Source: Acidobacteriota bacterium
GTDB lineage: Bacteria; Acidobacteriota; Blastocatellia; UBA7656
DNA length: 64,000 nucleotides
Reading direction: 5' to 3'
Assembly (NCBI GenBank): GCA_038040455.1
Contig: JBBPIH010000032.1
Span: forward strand, 254 to 64,253
Shown here in pieces: positions 63,043 to 64,000 of the stretch. The position numbers and the translations under genes were made by a program. The notes beneath the pieces were generated by a model, which was not told the DNA's origin, did no database searches, and worked only from the letters and a program-made list of their open reading frames with translations. Every line of letters starts with the position of its first letter. Within the stretch, counting starts at the first letter, position 1.

Positions 63043-63489
63043 TTACCTGGAGATCCTGCGTTTCCGCAGCGATCGTTTCTTTGCAGCGGTTGGCGGGAAC
63101 ACGTTCTCGTCTATCAGGGCGTGTCGAAGGTTAACGCGATGGGGCAGATTGATTTCCAGGACGGCAATTGTCGAACGCCCTATCGAAGTACGCCCTTCGA
63201 GAATAGGGCCGTTCCATCTGAAATGTTGGCGCCACTTGTGGCGGCGCGGATGGAAAAGACGTACGATGCGTTCTGTGAGAGGATCACGTCCTGCGATGTT
63301 CGGTCCTTTGTGGTTGTTGCAAGGGAAGCAAGCTAAGGCCAGGTTTTGGGCGGCAGTGAGTCCGCCATGTTTGCGCGCCAGGATGTGATCAATCTGAAAC
63401 GGGAGTTCGTCGTATTCCTGCGGTATCTGGCAATACTCACACGCTCGCTTAGCGCGCCGCCAGATCAGACGTTCGAGACGAATGTTCAT
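63043..63489 (-). CDS. HNH endonuclease
   Basis: CEYCQIPQEY...FQIDHILARKHGGLTAAQNLALACFPCNNHKG (Cys pair, DH, N, CxxC-like HNH core). Confidence 0.85.
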   Translation of the reverse strand: MNIRLERLIWRRAKRACEYCQIPQEYDELPFQIDHILARKHGGLTAAQNLALACFPCNNHKGPNIAGRDPLTERIVRLFHPRRHKWRQHFRWNGPILEGRTSIGRSTIAVLEINLPHRVNLRHALIDENVFPPTAAKKRSLRKRRISR

Positions 63490-63497
63490 GGCAATGC

Positions 63498-63785
63498 TCA
63501 GTTGGCACTGCGGACCTTTTTGAGAGCCTTGCGGGCTTTTGACTTCATGAGCGATAACACATGACCGACCCGCTCATAATTATCGAGTTCGATGTGCTCT
63601 TCTAGAGTCAATGTGCCGGCGCGGGCCTTCTCTGCCAGTTCGTGCATGCGGTCAATGTCCGGCTGCGGGAACCTTAGAGTAAGGACGTAGCGAGCCAAGT
63701 CTGTAGAAAGCTCGTGGCTGGTTGGATCGAAAAGGCGCCCCCACAGGGCTGCCTCGCTTGAGTTGATAATGGAGGCTTCTTGCAT
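63498..63785 (-). CDS. Hypothetical small helical protein upstream of, and probably co-transcribed with, the HNH endonuclease
   Basis: ATG 63785 (MQEASIINSSE...). 95 aa. 8-nt gap to the HNH gene. No motif recognised. Confidence 0.5.
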   Translation of the reverse strand: MQEASIINSSEAALWGRLFDPTSHELSTDLARYVLTLRFPQPDIDRMHELAEKARAGTLTLEEHIELDNYERVGHVLSLMKSKARKALKKVRSAN

Positions 63786-64000
63786 CTTGAACTCCGGTTG
63801 GTGATGTTTAACCGACGCCAATTGTACGCCTGTTCGGCTCACGAGGTGAAGAGATGCGCGTTTGATTCGCAGTTGTTTTTGTTTATGCGGCAGTCACTGG
63901 AGGTTCTGGCCTGTCGCACTGTTTGGGCTGAACTGGTTCATGCCGCTGTCCAACAAAACGGAGGTGAACGATGTCACGAATAGTATGTCGATCAATCACA

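Noticed and set aside
63971-64000. Possible start of a plus-strand gene at the right edge (GGAGGTGAACG-ATG, MSRIVCRSIT...).
   Set aside because: Only 10 codons are visible, which is too little to support a CDS call.

Overview
GC-rich bacterial chromosomal segment (GC judged by eye, not computed). The abundance of secreted NHL, PD40, M28 and TPR proteins suggests Acidobacteriota, but that is inference only. I support about 55 protein-coding genes, 1 tRNA, 6 pseudogenes or gene fragments, and a large set of structured intergenic repeats. I saw no rRNA, CRISPR array, transposase or integrase. Housekeeping genes: aroA-aroK, a Dus-family tRNA-dihydrouridine synthase, ettA, accA, icd, msrPQ and tRNA-Arg(ACG). 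Accessory content of most interest: (1) An alpha-2-macroglobulin (A2M) locus, DUF1175 - thioester A2M - membrane protein - a fused PBP-transpeptidase/SpoIID/HExxH lipoprotein. The 3' end of the A2M gene is present three times in direct orientation, and each copy is followed by a different small cassette. (2) A cluster pairing a c-heme plus PHM-like copper monooxygenase with four PAL-like NHL propellers, a HupE/UreJ-like transporter, a DUF4177 protein and a Tat-signal PLP aminotransferase. The first two components together resemble the two halves of eukaryotic peptide-amidating PAM. (3) Intergenic elements built from inverted arrays of tandem heptamers (GGGTTCA, TTTGTCA and ACGCATC types), plus hairpin-armed MITE-like palindromes. 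One of these abuts a truncated AAA+ gene and another splits msrP from msrQ. (4) A secreted caspase-like/TPR protein whose catalytic Cys position is Val, sitting next to an orphan RsbW/RsbV-like pair. (5) Several toxin-antitoxin pairs (2x BrnT/BrnA, MazEF), a two-HKD PLD-family protein, an HNH endonuclease pair, and two homopolymer frameshifts. The first 3.3 kb is a GH2 glycosidase gene that is missing from the ORF track because it runs off the window edge. All functional calls rest on motif recognition by eye; no database search was possible.
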